Shown piece after piece: positions 43,152-54,013 of a DNA stretch of 64,000 nt. Origin of the DNA: Candidatus Versatilivorator sp. GTDB lineage: Bacteria; Acidobacteriota; Terriglobia; Versatilivoradales; Versatilivoraceae. The position numbers were made by a program, and so were the translations under genes. Under the pieces are notes generated by a model. It worked only from the letters and a program-made list of their open reading frames with translations. It made no database searches and was not told the DNA's origin. Numbering within the stretch: position 1 is the first letter of the stretch; the number at the start of each line of letters is the position of its first letter. The stretch is from positions 4,448,001-4,512,000 of the forward strand of contig OZ242296.1 in NCBI GenBank assembly GCA_965207735.1, written 5' to 3'.

Positions 43152-45032
43152 ATGCAACTCCGGGACTTCTACAAGGACAAGGAGACGATTCAAGCTCGAA
43201 TCCCGATTTTTCAGGTGTCGGTGATCCTGGGGTTCCTGGTGCTGCTGGGCGGGCTGTGGAAGGTGCAGATCCTGCGGCACAACCACTATGCCGCCTTGGC
43301 CCAGCAGAATCAGATCCGATCCATCCGCTGGGTGGCCCCTCGCGGCAAGATTCTGGATCGCTATGGACGGCCGCTGGCCAACAACCGGCGTTCCTACACA
43401 CTCAGCGTGACCAGGAAGGACCTTCCGGAGCTCGAGTCCTCCCTGGACCTCCTGACCCAGGGCCTCCAGTTCGAGCCCGACTTCCTGCGGTCTCAGATCG
43501 AGAAGCAGCGAAGACGCCCCAGGTTCCTACCCCTGGTTCTCAAGGAGGATGCGGGAATTGACGATATTTCCTTCATCGAGGCCCACCGCCAGGAGCTTCC
43601 GGCCATACAGGTGGTTCCCCATCCCATCAGAAACTATCCCGAAACCGAGGTGGCGGCTCACCTGCTGGGTTACGTGACCGAAATATCGGAGGTTCAACTG
43701 GACTCGGGGATATTCGGCGATACGGCAAAACCCGGCGACATCGTTGGCCAAAAAGGGGTGGAACGTGTCTATGACCACATCCTCAGGGGTGTGGACGGGG
43801 AAAAGACGGTGCGGGTCGACAGTCGCGGCCGCGAGATCGAAACCATCGAGATGATCTCGCCCCAGGCCGGAAACAACCTGCGTTTGACCATCGATATCGA
43901 TATTCAGCAAGCCGCCGAGAAAGCCTTCGGCGACAAGGCGGGAGCAGCCGTCGCCGTCGATCCGCGCACCGGGGAAGTCCTCTGCCTGCTGAGCCGCCCC
44001 GCTTTCGATCCCAACAGCTTCGCCACCCGAATCAGCCGGCAAAAGTGGAACCAACTGCTGCTGGATCCCCGAAAACCCATGCAGAACCGCGCCATTCAGA
44101 GCCGCTTCCCCCCGGGTTCGGTGTTCAAGATTTTCCTGGCCGTCGCCGGCCTGCAGGAAGGGATGCTGACCCCGACCCACACGGAGTACTGCACCGGGGG
44201 CACGCGGATCTACGGCCGCCGCTTCGCCTGTTGGAAAAAGGGGGGGCACGGAAGGGTGAATCTCCACCGCGCCATCGTGTCTTCCTGCAACGTCTTTTTC
44301 TATCGCCTGGGTCGAAAGCTGGGGATCGAAAAGATCGCCGTCCATGCCAAAGCCATGGGATTGGGATACAAGACCGGAATCGACCTGCTTGGCGAAAACC
44401 CGGGAATCATTCCCTCCCCAGAGTGGAAGCGGCGGATCTACAACGCCAACTGGTATCCCGGAGAGACCATTTCGGTGGCCATCGGTCAGGGGGCGGTTTC
44501 TCTGACACCCATTCAACTCGCCCGGGCCCTGGGAGGACTGGGCCTGGGAGGCGTCTACAACGTTCCCCACGTGGTGCCGGCCGCGGAGCGGCATCGCGCG
44601 GGCAAGCAATTGCCTGCCGCATTCAAGCCGGACCCTCCTCTCGAGCCCCGGACCGTGCGCCTCGTCAGCCAGGGTCTGTGGGGTGTCGTCAACCAGTACG
44701 GCACCGGCAGGCGGGCTGCCGTGCAGGGATTCGACGTCTGCGGCAAGACAGGGACGGCCCAGGTCATCGGCCGGGAATCACGGGAGCGCTTGAAATCCGA
44801 CGGAGAGTCATTCCAGGACAACGCCTGGTTCGTGGGCTTCGCCCCCAGGGACCTTCCTGAAATTGCGGCCGCCGTATTCGTGGAAGAGGGTGGAAGCGGC
44901 GGCGCCAGTGCGGCGCCCGTCCTTCAGGCCATGTTCCAGGTCTACTTCGACAAGCACAAGAAAAAGCAGCCCCAAAACGGGAGCGACTCGGAGCAAATCA
45001 CGTTTTCCCTGCCGTCCGAGAGGGTGGACTGA
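43152..45032 (+). CDS. mrdA: Penicillin-binding protein 2
   Basis: APRGKILDR, PPGSVFK (SxxK), SCN, GKTGTAQ. Confidence 0.95.
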   Translation: MQLRDFYKDKETIQARIPIFQVSVILGFLVLLGGLWKVQILRHNHYAALAQQNQIRSIRWVAPRGKILDRYGRPLANNRRSYTLSVTRKDLPELESSLDLLTQGLQFEPDFLRSQIEKQRRRPRFLPLVLKEDAGIDDISFIEAHRQELPAIQVVPHPIRNYPETEVAAHLLGYVTEISEVQLDSGIFGDTAKPGDIVGQKGVERVYDHILRGVDGEKTVRVDSRGREIETIEMISPQAGNNLRLTIDIDIQQAAEKAFGDKAGAAVAVDPRTGEVLCLLSRPAFDPNSFATRISRQKWNQLLLDPRKPMQNRAIQSRFPPGSVFKIFLAVAGLQEGMLTPTHTEYCTGGTRIYGRRFACWKKGGHGRVNLHRAIVSSCNVFFYRLGRKLGIEKIAVHAKAMGLGYKTGIDLLGENPGIIPSPEWKRRIYNANWYPGETISVAIGQGAVSLTPIQLARALGGLGLGGVYNVPHVVPAAERHRAGKQLPAAFKPDPPLEPRTVRLVSQGLWGVVNQYGTGRRAAVQGFDVCGKTGTAQVIGRESRERLKSDGESFQDNAWFVGFAPRDLPEIAAAVFVEEGGSGGASAAPVLQAMFQVYFDKHKKKQPQNGSDSEQITFSLPSERVD

Positions 45033-45038
45033 CCCAAC

Positions 45039-46133
45039 GTGGCAAGACAAATCCTGCCCTATCTCAAGCAATGTGACTGGGTGATCCTCTCCCTGGCCCT
45101 GGCCGTCGCCGCCCTGGGAGTTGCCGAGATCTTCAGCGCCACCCAATACGAACTGTCGGAATCCTTTTACGTCAAACAGATCTACTTTATTATCCTGGGA
45201 CTGGCGGTGCTGGCCCTGGTCGTCAGCCTGGACTATCGACTCCTGTCCCAGCAGGTGCCCCATATCTACCTGGTTGCAATTCTGTCGCTGCTCCTGGTCC
45301 TGTTCGTTGCCCCGGCCATCCACGGCACCCGTGGATGGATTCCGCTGGGCGCCTTCAAGATCCAGCCCGCGGAATTCGCCAAGGTAGCCGTCGTTCTGAC
45401 GATGGCCCGCTTCCTCAGCGAGAACCGCACCCACTTTCTGACCTCCGCTCAAATCCTCAAGGCCTGTCTTTTGGTGGGACTGCCCCTGGGACTGATTCTG
45501 CTGCAACCCGACCTGGGTTCAGCCATCACCCTGCTTCCACCGCTCGCGCTCGGCCTGGTGCTTGGAGGACTCCGCCGGAAGTGGATCCTCGCCTGCCTGC
45601 TCGTGTCGACCTTGATTACTGCCGCCGGATGGTATAGTCTCAAACCGTATCAAAAGGAACGGGTCTACACGTTCCTGGAGCCGGAGAGAGACCCTCGCGG
45701 CAAGGGTTACCAGGCGATTCAGTCCCAGATAGCCATGGGCTCCGGCGGTCTGCTGGGAAAGGGAGTCACGCAGGGAAGCCAGACGGCGCTGGGCTTCCTT
45801 CCTGAACGCCATACCGACTTCATATTTTCGGTGGTGGGAGAAGAGCTTGGCTTCTTCGGATCGTTCACCATCCTGGCTTTCTACTTTGTGATCATCATGC
45901 GTTCGATTCGGATTGCACAGACCGCGCGCGACAAGCTTGGAGTTTTTCTCGCCCTGGGAGCGGTGAGCGTGCTCTTTTTCCATATCCTGGTGAACGTCGG
46001 CATGGTGGTGGGCCTGGCGCCCATCACGGGCATTCCCCTTCCCCTGTTGAGCTATGGAGGATCTTCCATGCTCACCACCTTCATATTGCTGGGATTGATC
46101 ATGAATGTCGGAATGAGACGGTACATTTATTAG
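45039..46133 (+). CDS. rodA: SEDS glycosyltransferase RodA
   Basis: IQPAEFAK, QPDLGS, PERHTDFIFS, LSYGGSS. Confidence 0.95.
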   Translation: MARQILPYLKQCDWVILSLALAVAALGVAEIFSATQYELSESFYVKQIYFIILGLAVLALVVSLDYRLLSQQVPHIYLVAILSLLLVLFVAPAIHGTRGWIPLGAFKIQPAEFAKVAVVLTMARFLSENRTHFLTSAQILKACLLVGLPLGLILLQPDLGSAITLLPPLALGLVLGGLRRKWILACLLVSTLITAAGWYSLKPYQKERVYTFLEPERDPRGKGYQAIQSQIAMGSGGLLGKGVTQGSQTALGFLPERHTDFIFSVVGEELGFFGSFTILAFYFVIIMRSIRIAQTARDKLGVFLALGAVSVLFFHILVNVGMVVGLAPITGIPLPLLSYGGSSMLTTFILLGLIMNVGMRRYIY

Positions 46134-46499
46134 CCCGGACGGTCTAATGACGCCGGTCGGGGCTGCCGGAGTTGAAGCTCCTCGCCAGTCCCGAGGTTTA
46201 CCAACGTTTTTTCTGAAAATTGAAACCCGGTCCCGCTTCGACAGGAATGGTCGAGCGGATCGGAATCATCGAGAAACACCAAAGAGCTTGAACGGTAGTA
46301 TTCCCGGCGAGCTCGACTTGCTCGTCCGCGGAAGCCAGGCATTGGCATGGCCACAGGAGTAGATCCGTGATGGGATCGACAGGATACTCGCTCGATTTAG
46401 GGTTGAGTCCGCCCTACCAACCCGGGCATTCGACCCGCTCAAAACCACCCTCTGCCCCGCCGAACAGCTCCTCGGTGTTTCACCAAGGAGGAGTACCTC

Positions 46500-49358
46500 A
46501 TGTCGAAGGAGCTTATTGTTTCCTCGTCGTCACAAGAAACCAAGGCCGCCATCCTGGAGGGCGGCGAAGTCGTTGAAATCCACATTGAGCGTGAAGGGGA
46601 CCAGGGAATCGTAGGAAGCATCTGCAAGGGTCGAGTGACCAAGGTGCTTCCGGGAATGCAGTCCGCTTTTGTTAATGTCGGTCTGGAACGGGATGCCTTC
46701 CTCTATGTCTCCGACTTTTTCGAAGACACGGACGAATATGACCGGATCGTAAGCACCGCCGAAGAGCAGGTCGCCAAGCTGGACAAGGAACCCGGTTCCG
46801 AAACCACCAAGGAATCCACCACCGGCGGAGAAGACTTCACCGGCTCCCGCAACCCGGATCGCCGACTGCGTTCCCGCCGTGCCAGGCGGGGCCGCTTGCG
46901 AGGAAAACGCCAGGAAGCTGCTCCTTCCGAATCGCCCGCCACGCCACCACCCACTGCGCCACCGCCCACTGCGCCACCGCCCGCCGCGCCACCGGCCAGC
47001 CCTCCGCCCTCCCCGGCTCCGGTTTCCGCCGAAACCGAGACTCTTTCCGTGCTTCCCGGGGAATCGCTGGCCAAGTACGCCGCGGTTACCGAATCCCTCC
47101 CGATAGAGGGAACCGAACGCGCTCAGGCGGCTGCAGCTCCGACTGAAACGCCCGCGGTTCAGTCCGAACCGAGCGCGGCAACCGAGCCATCCGAAGCAGC
47201 TGAGCCTACCGCTGCGACTGAACCCACCGTTGCTCCCGAGGCACCCGCTGCCGCAGAACCGACCGGAGCGGCCGAGGTCACCGAAGCAGCCGAGCCGGAG
47301 CCCGCGCCCCTGAAGGGTAGAAGGGGCCGAAGGCGCTCCAGGCAAACTGCTGCCGAAAGCGCTGAGGCGGGCTCTCCCGCGCCAGCCCCTGAAGAAACGC
47401 AGACCGCGGACACGGAAGCGGCGGAGGTGACTGCCGAAGTCGCCCCCTCCAGTGGCGACTCGGTGCCGGCCCCCGAAGCTTCCTCCGAGGAACCCGCGGA
47501 AACAGTCACGGCTTCGGCAGAGCCCGAGGCAGTTGCGCAGGAGAACCCTCCCGGCCCGACGCAGGAAGAGTCGGTGGCCGAGGAGGTCAGTGAGCAAGTG
47601 GAAGCCTCCCCGGAATCGAACGCCCCGGCGCCGCCCGAAGCGGTTCCCGCCGAGGACGCCGGAGCCGTCACGGATCCGGCTCCCGAAGTCGCCGAGCCGG
47701 CCGCGGAGGCCGCCGCCGATGAATCCGGCGCCTCTTCTGCCACAGCCCAGGATGGAGACCAGGCGGAGGCGGCCACCGCCTCGACCGAGACGGACCAGCC
47801 TCAGGAGCCGGCTGCGGCGTCGATCGCCACGGACGAGACTCCGGAGCCGGCCGCCGTCGAGGACGCCGAACCTCCCTCCTCCCAAGCCGCCGAGCCGGCC
47901 GTAGGCACCGGAGAGAGTGCATCCGACCCGGCTCAGCCCGAAGACCCAAGCTCGACCGGGCAAGCGGCCGCCGAACTCGAACTCGAGACGGTCGGGGCAT
48001 CCCAATCACCCTCCGCTCCCACCTCCAGACCCCGAGCCTCCAACGCCCAGTATCGCAGCCGTCCCAACACTCCCCGGTTTTTTCGCCGGTCACCGGACCG
48101 GCGGCGCTCCCACTTTCGCGGCGAGGAGCGCCAGAATCGGGAGGCAGCCTCCCCCGCGCCCATGATCGCCGACCTGCTCAAGGAGGGTCAGGAGATCCTG
48201 GTCCAGATTGCCAAGGAGCCGCTGGGCACCAAGGGAGCCCGGATCACTTCCCACATCGCTATTCCGGGGCGCTACCTGGTCTACATGCCGACGGTCAACC
48301 ACATCGGGGTCTCCCGCAAAATCAGCTCCAGCGAGGAGCGCCAGCGACTCAGGAAGATCATTCAGGACAACCGGGGAGATCTGCCGGGCGGGTTCATTGT
48401 TCGTACGGCCGGGGAGTCCAAGGGAGAAGACGAATTCAAGGCGGACATCGGGTTTCTCCGCGCCCTCTGGATAGAGGTCAGGACTCAGTCCGAGAAAAAG
48501 TCCGCCCCCGCCATCATCCATCGGGAACTGAACCTGGTGCAACGGATTCTCAGGGACCAGTTCAACCGGGATTTTTCTGCGATCCGGGTGGATAACGAGC
48601 TGTCCTACGCCTCCATCGTGGAGCTGATCCATCGATTCCAACCCAACCTGGTCAAACGGGTCAAGCTCTACACCCGAGAGACACCCATATTCGAAGAGTT
48701 CGGGGTCCAGTCGGAACTGGACAAGGCCCTGCGCTCCAAGGTCTGGCTGAAATCGGGAGGCTATATCGTCATCGACCAGGCCGAGGCTCTGGTGGCCATC
48801 GACGTGAACACCGGCAAGTACGTGGGCAGGTCGAACAAGCTGGAAGACACCATTGCCAAGACCAACGTGGAGGCCGCCAAGGAGATCGCCCGGCAGTTGC
48901 GGTTGCGCGACCTGGGAGGCATTATCGTTTGCGACTTCATCGACATGGAGGACCGCAAGAACCGGCTCAAGGTGACCCAGACGCTGGAGACGGCCTTGAG
49001 GCGCGACAAGTCGCCTTCCAAGGTGCTTCAATTCAATGACTTCGGCCTGGTGGCCGTTACCCGCAAGCGGGTCAAGCAATCGCTGCTGAAGGTGTTGTGC
49101 GAGCCCTGTTCCCAGTGCTCCGGGTCCGGAATGGTGAAGTCTCCCCAGACCGTCTGTTACGAGATTCAAGGGGAAGCGCGGAAAATGGCCGGCGCCATCG
49201 AAGACCCGGAGATCACAGTCAGGGTGCACCCCGTGGTCGCCAAAGCCCTCAAGACCACCGAGGCCTCGGTGGTCGACGAACTGGAGTCGAGCCTGAAGAA
49301 AGACGTGGTGATCAAGAGCGATCCCCTCTTCCCCCAGGAACGCTTCGACATCTTTTGA
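46500..49358 (+). CDS. rne: Rne/Rng-family ribonuclease with long low-complexity insertion
   Basis: VLPGMQSAFV, KEPLGTKGAR, IDVNTG, LRLRDLGGIIVCDFIDM, CSQCSGSG. Confidence 0.9.
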   Translation: MSKELIVSSSSQETKAAILEGGEVVEIHIEREGDQGIVGSICKGRVTKVLPGMQSAFVNVGLERDAFLYVSDFFEDTDEYDRIVSTAEEQVAKLDKEPGSETTKESTTGGEDFTGSRNPDRRLRSRRARRGRLRGKRQEAAPSESPATPPPTAPPPTAPPPAAPPASPPPSPAPVSAETETLSVLPGESLAKYAAVTESLPIEGTERAQAAAAPTETPAVQSEPSAATEPSEAAEPTAATEPTVAPEAPAAAEPTGAAEVTEAAEPEPAPLKGRRGRRRSRQTAAESAEAGSPAPAPEETQTADTEAAEVTAEVAPSSGDSVPAPEASSEEPAETVTASAEPEAVAQENPPGPTQEESVAEEVSEQVEASPESNAPAPPEAVPAEDAGAVTDPAPEVAEPAAEAAADESGASSATAQDGDQAEAATASTETDQPQEPAAASIATDETPEPAAVEDAEPPSSQAAEPAVGTGESASDPAQPEDPSSTGQAAAELELETVGASQSPSAPTSRPRASNAQYRSRPNTPRFFRRSPDRRRSHFRGEERQNREAASPAPMIADLLKEGQEILVQIAKEPLGTKGARITSHIAIPGRYLVYMPTVNHIGVSRKISSSEERQRLRKIIQDNRGDLPGGFIVRTAGESKGEDEFKADIGFLRALWIEVRTQSEKKSAPAIIHRELNLVQRILRDQFNRDFSAIRVDNELSYASIVELIHRFQPNLVKRVKLYTRETPIFEEFGVQSELDKALRSKVWLKSGGYIVIDQAEALVAIDVNTGKYVGRSNKLEDTIAKTNVEAAKEIARQLRLRDLGGIIVCDFIDMEDRKNRLKVTQTLETALRRDKSPSKVLQFNDFGLVAVTRKRVKQSLLKVLCEPCSQCSGSGMVKSPQTVCYEIQGEARKMAGAIEDPEITVRVHPVVAKALKTTEASVVDELESSLKKDVVIKSDPLFPQERFDIF

Positions 49359-49479
49359 TTAGACGCTCCGCAAGGCTTTGCGGTGCGGCAGGAGTGCCTG
49401 GCACCAGGCGTTTTTGGCCTGCTTGGGAGCTTGGCGGCATACCGGCGCCGCCAACCCATCGCTGGTAGCCACTTACCAA

Positions 49480-50240
49480 GCGCCGCGTTTGCCCCCCTCC
49501 GGATCGACTGCGGGCTTCGCCTTTTGGTAGTCACTCTCGGGGCGCCGAGTATGCCCCCCTCCGGATCGACCGCGGGCTGCGCCCTTGTCTCTCCGACTCC
49601 CCCTCAAGGGGGGAGTGATACTTGAGGCTTGCATCAGGCGCCTTGCCCGATTCCTGGGCATGATGTAAACCATGTTCCCGGTCTACCGCATAAACTCCGT
49701 TCCCTCTTCATAACACGGTATCACTCCCCCCTTGAGGGGGAGTCGCAGAAGCCGAGCCGGATGGCGAAGGCTGATGCGGTGGGGGGCAGACGCCGGGCCA
49801 GCTATGGGCGCGGGGTTGTAGCCCCGGCGGGAAGTCCAAGGTCGTGGTAGCCCCCGCAGCCGCGACGCGGCGAATCAATAGCGTCCTTCGGGAACGCACG
49901 GCCCCATCGAAAAACCCACCAACCCCACCCCTCCCACCGAACAAAACCCCTGCGAGCCGGGTGCAGGGACAGGGACAATTGCGGCGCTTGAGAAGATGAA
50001 TTTTTCCAATAGAACGCCCCGGGCGCCAGCCCGGAGATCCCCTCGAGCGGCGAAGCCGCGGCAGCAGGTAGCCGTGGGCGTAAGCCCATGGATTGCGTCG
50101 CGTAAGAGTCGAGCCGCGTAGGCGGCGGCAGCAAATGCCGGTGAGCCCACGTGAAGCGCAGGGCAACGCATTGACCTTTCTCACCTGCAAAAACGCATCT
50201 TGAGCCGGCTTCCCTGAGAGCCGCGTAGGCGGCGCCAGCA
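49480..50240. repeat. Cluster of repeat families B and C
   Basis: Family B composite 49480-49800, then family C palindromes GAGCCGCGTAGGCGGCG. Confidence 0.8.
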
Positions 50241-50266
50241 CCTAACCCGCCCCCCACACCCTCGCC

Positions 50267-51118
50267 CTATCCCCTCTCACCCGCAATCAGCGCCTCATAC
50301 CCTTCCCTAAACGTCGGATAGCGAAACGCATAGCCCGAATCCAGCAACCGGGCGTTACTGCACCGCTTGGTTCCGCGGGCGGGCTTGCCTGCCTCGGGAG
50401 ACACCCGGGGAGGCGCCGGAACCTTCAGCCGGCCGGCGATCCAGCGCAGGACCTCACACTGCTCGGCGGGCTCATGGTCCACCAGCAGGTAGAGGGACCG
50501 CGGGCTGTCGAGCCCCATCAGATGGGCCAGCGCTCCCGCGCAGTCATCCCGATGGACGTGGTTCAGATAGCGCGGCGGCCCTTCGAAACAGCAAGCCTCA
50601 CCGCTCCCTACGCTGTCGATCAGGCGGTGCCGGCCCGGCCCATAGATCCCTCCGATGCGAACCAGGGTGCCCGCGATCGGGCCCCCCAACAGCACCTGCT
50701 CGGCGGCTCTGAGCAACTGCCCCCTGAAGTGGCCGGCCTCGGCCGGTGAATCCTCGTCCACCCATTCTCCTCCGGACTGCCCGTAAACCGCCGTGCTGGA
50801 AGTAAAGAAGAGGCGGCCAACGGGCGGGTTCTGCCCTTGCAGGGCTCCAATCAGGTTGCCCAGGCCCTGCAGGTAGGCCGACCGGTAGCCCGCCTCCGAG
50901 CGACGATCGGCCCCCGCGGTGTAGAACACCGCATCGAAAGGTCCCGGCAGGTTCCCCAGCGTTTCAGGCCGGGTGAGATCGGCGCTGAACCCGCCCAGCC
51001 CCGCCGGCAGCCGACCCGGCCCACGCCGCAAGCCGCAGACGGAGTGACCCTCCCGAACCAGGCGCAGACCCAGCTCCTGCCCGACGTAGCCGCAACCGGC
51101 AATGAGTATGCGAGCCAT
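50267..51118 (-). CDS. NAD-dependent epimerase/SDR-family oxidoreductase
   Basis: ILIAGCGYVG, SSTAVYG, GIYGPGR, YPTFREG. Confidence 0.9.
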   Translation of the reverse strand: MARILIAGCGYVGQELGLRLVREGHSVCGLRRGPGRLPAGLGGFSADLTRPETLGNLPGPFDAVFYTAGADRRSEAGYRSAYLQGLGNLIGALQGQNPPVGRLFFTSSTAVYGQSGGEWVDEDSPAEAGHFRGQLLRAAEQVLLGGPIAGTLVRIGGIYGPGRHRLIDSVGSGEACCFEGPPRYLNHVHRDDCAGALAHLMGLDSPRSLYLLVDHEPAEQCEVLRWIAGRLKVPAPPRVSPEAGKPARGTKRCSNARLLDSGYAFRYPTFREGYEALIAGERG

Positions 51119-51251
51119 GGAGTTTAATTAACCCTGGATGGGGGCCGGGACATGCCACGGCGCCTCCGGAATACCCGAATAGGTTGAATCCGGATTCGCT
51201 GTCGGCCTACTACGTCTGGATCCCCTCCCCCAACCGACCGCGGCTCCCCGA

Positions 51252-53402
51252 TCACACCGCCCGATAGGAGAACAACCTGGCTGAGTTGGGAGCCAGCGGG
51301 ACCGAGAGCCCACCGTGCATCAACTCACTTCCCGACAGGGTCCGGCTTTCTCCGGTGCCCTCGTCCCGCAGGCGATAGCGGCGGCCGGCATCCAAAGACT
51401 GCAGGAAAATGGTTTGGCGAGGCCGGCGCCCCAGATAACGGAAGACGAACACCACCCCTTCCTCGGCGCCATCGCAGAACTGGGCGGCGTCCCAATCGGC
51501 TTCACTGTTGGGAACCGACAGCAACCGGTAGTAGTCCTTCACCAGCAGCGGCCGGATCTTCTTGTAGACCCCCACCCAGTGCTTGGCCCGCCGCAGCACT
51601 TCGGGCGGCCAGGCGGCCAGTCCGCCGTGCAGGAGCAGCTGCCCGCTCATGCGGCTCAGAAAGGCCTGATCCGAAAAGCCGGCATCCAGGCCGTTGTCCC
51701 GCCCCTCCCGGTCGGGTCCCACCGCCGATCCCATGTAGTTGGCCGGCAGGAAGGCATTGGCCCCCAACTGGATCATGCGGCAGGAGTGGGGATGCCCGCT
51801 CATGTCGTTGGCCCAGGCGCAGTGGTGACGCCTGAGGCTGCCCAGATCGATGGCGTTGCCGCCCCCGGCGTTCAGCTCCAGCATCAGGCGAGGGTGCCTG
51901 CGGGTCAGGGTCTCCCACACCCGATAGAGCCCGCGCACGTGAGCGAAGCGGGTCTTGCCGTCGTTGTCCACCAAGTCCCAGTGAAACGATTCCTCGCCCC
52001 GCATGGGATCGGTGTAGAAATCGGCCCGGATGTAACGCAGGTCGTAGCGCTCCACGAAGCCGCCGATGAGGTCGATCCAGTGGTCGCAGGCTTCGGGCGA
52101 GCTGAAGTTGTACTTGAGCGGATGGAAACCCTCGGGAAGTTTGTAGAAGAATTCGGGATGCTCCCGAGGCAAATTGGTCCAGGGAAAGGCCACGGCTTCG
52201 AAGTAGAGTCCCATGCCCATCCCCTTGGAGCGGACATATTCGGCAAAGGGCTCCATCCCCCGGGGGAACTTCTCGGGGTCCACCTCCCAGTTTCCCCTGC
52301 CCTTGGAGTGCCCTCCCTTGTACCAGTCGGCGTCCACGCAGAACATCTCCACACCGGTCTCGGCTGCCGCGTCCACCTGACTGCGGAGCTCCTCTTCGGT
52401 GTAGGTCACGCTGATGCCGGGCCAGAGCGTGTAGGCCACGTGCGGCACCATGGGCTTTCCCCGGTAGTGGGGCGTCAGGCGCTGGTGAATGTAGCGGCGC
52501 AGGCCGTTGGAACCCGACTCGAAGCCCTTCTCGAAAAACCCCAGGTGGACCACCGGCAGGTCCAGGCTCTCCCCCGGGTTCAGAACCAGGTCCTTGATCA
52601 AGGGGCCGACCTCGATTTTCAGGTCGGTGGGAGATCCGTCGAAAGCGACGCGAGCCTGCCAGAAGGTGGACCACTCCATGCCGAAGAAGATCCCGGGCTG
52701 GTCCGAATCGGGACCCTGGCTAACCATGAACAGGGGAAGATCCTGGGAAGAGGATCCGGTCCAGCGTTCTCCGAAGCCTCGCTGCTTGACGGGAACTCTT
52801 ACTTCACAGGAGCCGGTGGGGCACCCGGTCAGGTTTCGGTGGCTGGCAAACTCCACCGGGCGATAGTGAAAGGGTTCGATCCAGCGGGGACGAAAGGCGT
52901 CCGAGGGGAATTCGCGGGCGTGGGGAAAGTAGGAGGCGCTGCCGGCCCCGGAACAGCCCATGATACGGGGGGCGGTCACCCCGCCCAGCCGCAGAAAGAG
53001 GGAATAGAGGCGGGTCAGGGGCAGAGAACGCCCGTCGGAGGTGTTGGTCAACTTCACCCGATATTCAGCCACTCGGAGGGTCCGGTCCAACCGCAGGCTT
53101 CCGGCCGCCTCGAGCCCGTCCTCGGAACGGTAGCGAAACTGCCACAGATCGCCGGTGTCCGCCTCAAGCGACTCCAGTTTCCAGCCCAGCATCTCTCCGT
53201 TGCGCTCCATGGCGAATCCGGGACCCGGTTTCAGCGACACCCCCTCGGGCGCCAGCTCTGCCACGACTTCCACCAGGCTCGCCGGCTTCCCGGACTCCTG
53301 GGCGGCAGCCGTTGCGGCTCCGACCCAGGCGGGCGCGGCAGCCATGACCGCGGTGCTGCCCAGGAATTGACGGCGGTTGATCCCCTTCAACGGCGTTTCC
53401 AT
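51252..53402 (-). CDS. Alpha-galactosidase-like glycoside hydrolase (GH36), Tat-exported
   Basis: NRRQFLG Tat motif; VDADWY, GNW..EKFPRG, GMGMGLYFE, YIRADF, NAGGG. Confidence 0.8.
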   Translation of the reverse strand: METPLKGINRRQFLGSTAVMAAAPAWVGAATAAAQESGKPASLVEVVAELAPEGVSLKPGPGFAMERNGEMLGWKLESLEADTGDLWQFRYRSEDGLEAAGSLRLDRTLRVAEYRVKLTNTSDGRSLPLTRLYSLFLRLGGVTAPRIMGCSGAGSASYFPHAREFPSDAFRPRWIEPFHYRPVEFASHRNLTGCPTGSCEVRVPVKQRGFGERWTGSSSQDLPLFMVSQGPDSDQPGIFFGMEWSTFWQARVAFDGSPTDLKIEVGPLIKDLVLNPGESLDLPVVHLGFFEKGFESGSNGLRRYIHQRLTPHYRGKPMVPHVAYTLWPGISVTYTEEELRSQVDAAAETGVEMFCVDADWYKGGHSKGRGNWEVDPEKFPRGMEPFAEYVRSKGMGMGLYFEAVAFPWTNLPREHPEFFYKLPEGFHPLKYNFSSPEACDHWIDLIGGFVERYDLRYIRADFYTDPMRGEESFHWDLVDNDGKTRFAHVRGLYRVWETLTRRHPRLMLELNAGGGNAIDLGSLRRHHCAWANDMSGHPHSCRMIQLGANAFLPANYMGSAVGPDREGRDNGLDAGFSDQAFLSRMSGQLLLHGGLAAWPPEVLRRAKHWVGVYKKIRPLLVKDYYRLLSVPNSEADWDAAQFCDGAEEGVVFVFRYLGRRPRQTIFLQSLDAGRRYRLRDEGTGESRTLSGSELMHGGLSVPLAPNSARLFSYRAV

Positions 53403-53539
53403 AGTCGTTCCTCCCTCGTTCCTCCGGAGCCGGCATCATACCACGGCGGTCCGCGACTCCACGCCCTGCCACTACGCCGTCCAGCGTTCGAACGACGCCG
53501 CCAACTCAGCGCTTCCCGTACCGTCGGATATTCACTAAC

Positions 53540-53830
53540 GGGACGCCGCGCTTGCCCCCCTCCGGATCGACTGCGGACTGCGCACCCTCGTGACGCCGCG
53601 TCTGCCCCCCTCCGGATCGACTGCGGACTGCGCACCCTCGTGACGCCGCGTCTGCCCCCCTCCGGATCGACTGCGGGCTTCGCCCTTGTCTCTCCGACTC
53701 CCCCTCAAGGGGGGAGTCGCAGAAGTCGAGCCGGAGGCGAAGGCTGATGCGGAGGGGGGCCAACGCGGCGTCTCCGAACGGTAGCGCCGAATGGCGAAGG
53801 CTGATGCGGTGGGGGGCAGACGCCGGCCCA
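53540..53830. repeat. Repeat family B with a 50-bp tandem triplication
   Basis: GACGCCGCG..CCCCCTCCGGATCGACTGCGG starting at 53542, 53592 and 53642. Confidence 0.85.
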
Positions 53831-54013
53831 TCAAACTGGAGCCCGCGCATTCGCCCCCAGACCACCCAGCGCAACCTCCACGCCCCAAGCTCCCAAAAAA
53901 CACAGCCACGTCTCCGCCACACGAACACCTTCTGGTAAACTTGGGCTAACCTGTAGACGACCCGCAAAGCGGGCCTGCCGAACCATTCAACTGCCACGGG
54001 AGAATAGAGAGAC

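Noticed and set aside
53542-53690. 50-bp triplication as mini-CRISPR
   Set aside because: The intervening sequences are identical and the unit is part of repeat family B.
51315-53747. 810-aa plus-strand ORF
   Set aside because: Antisense shadow of the GH36 gene in GC-rich DNA; no motifs.
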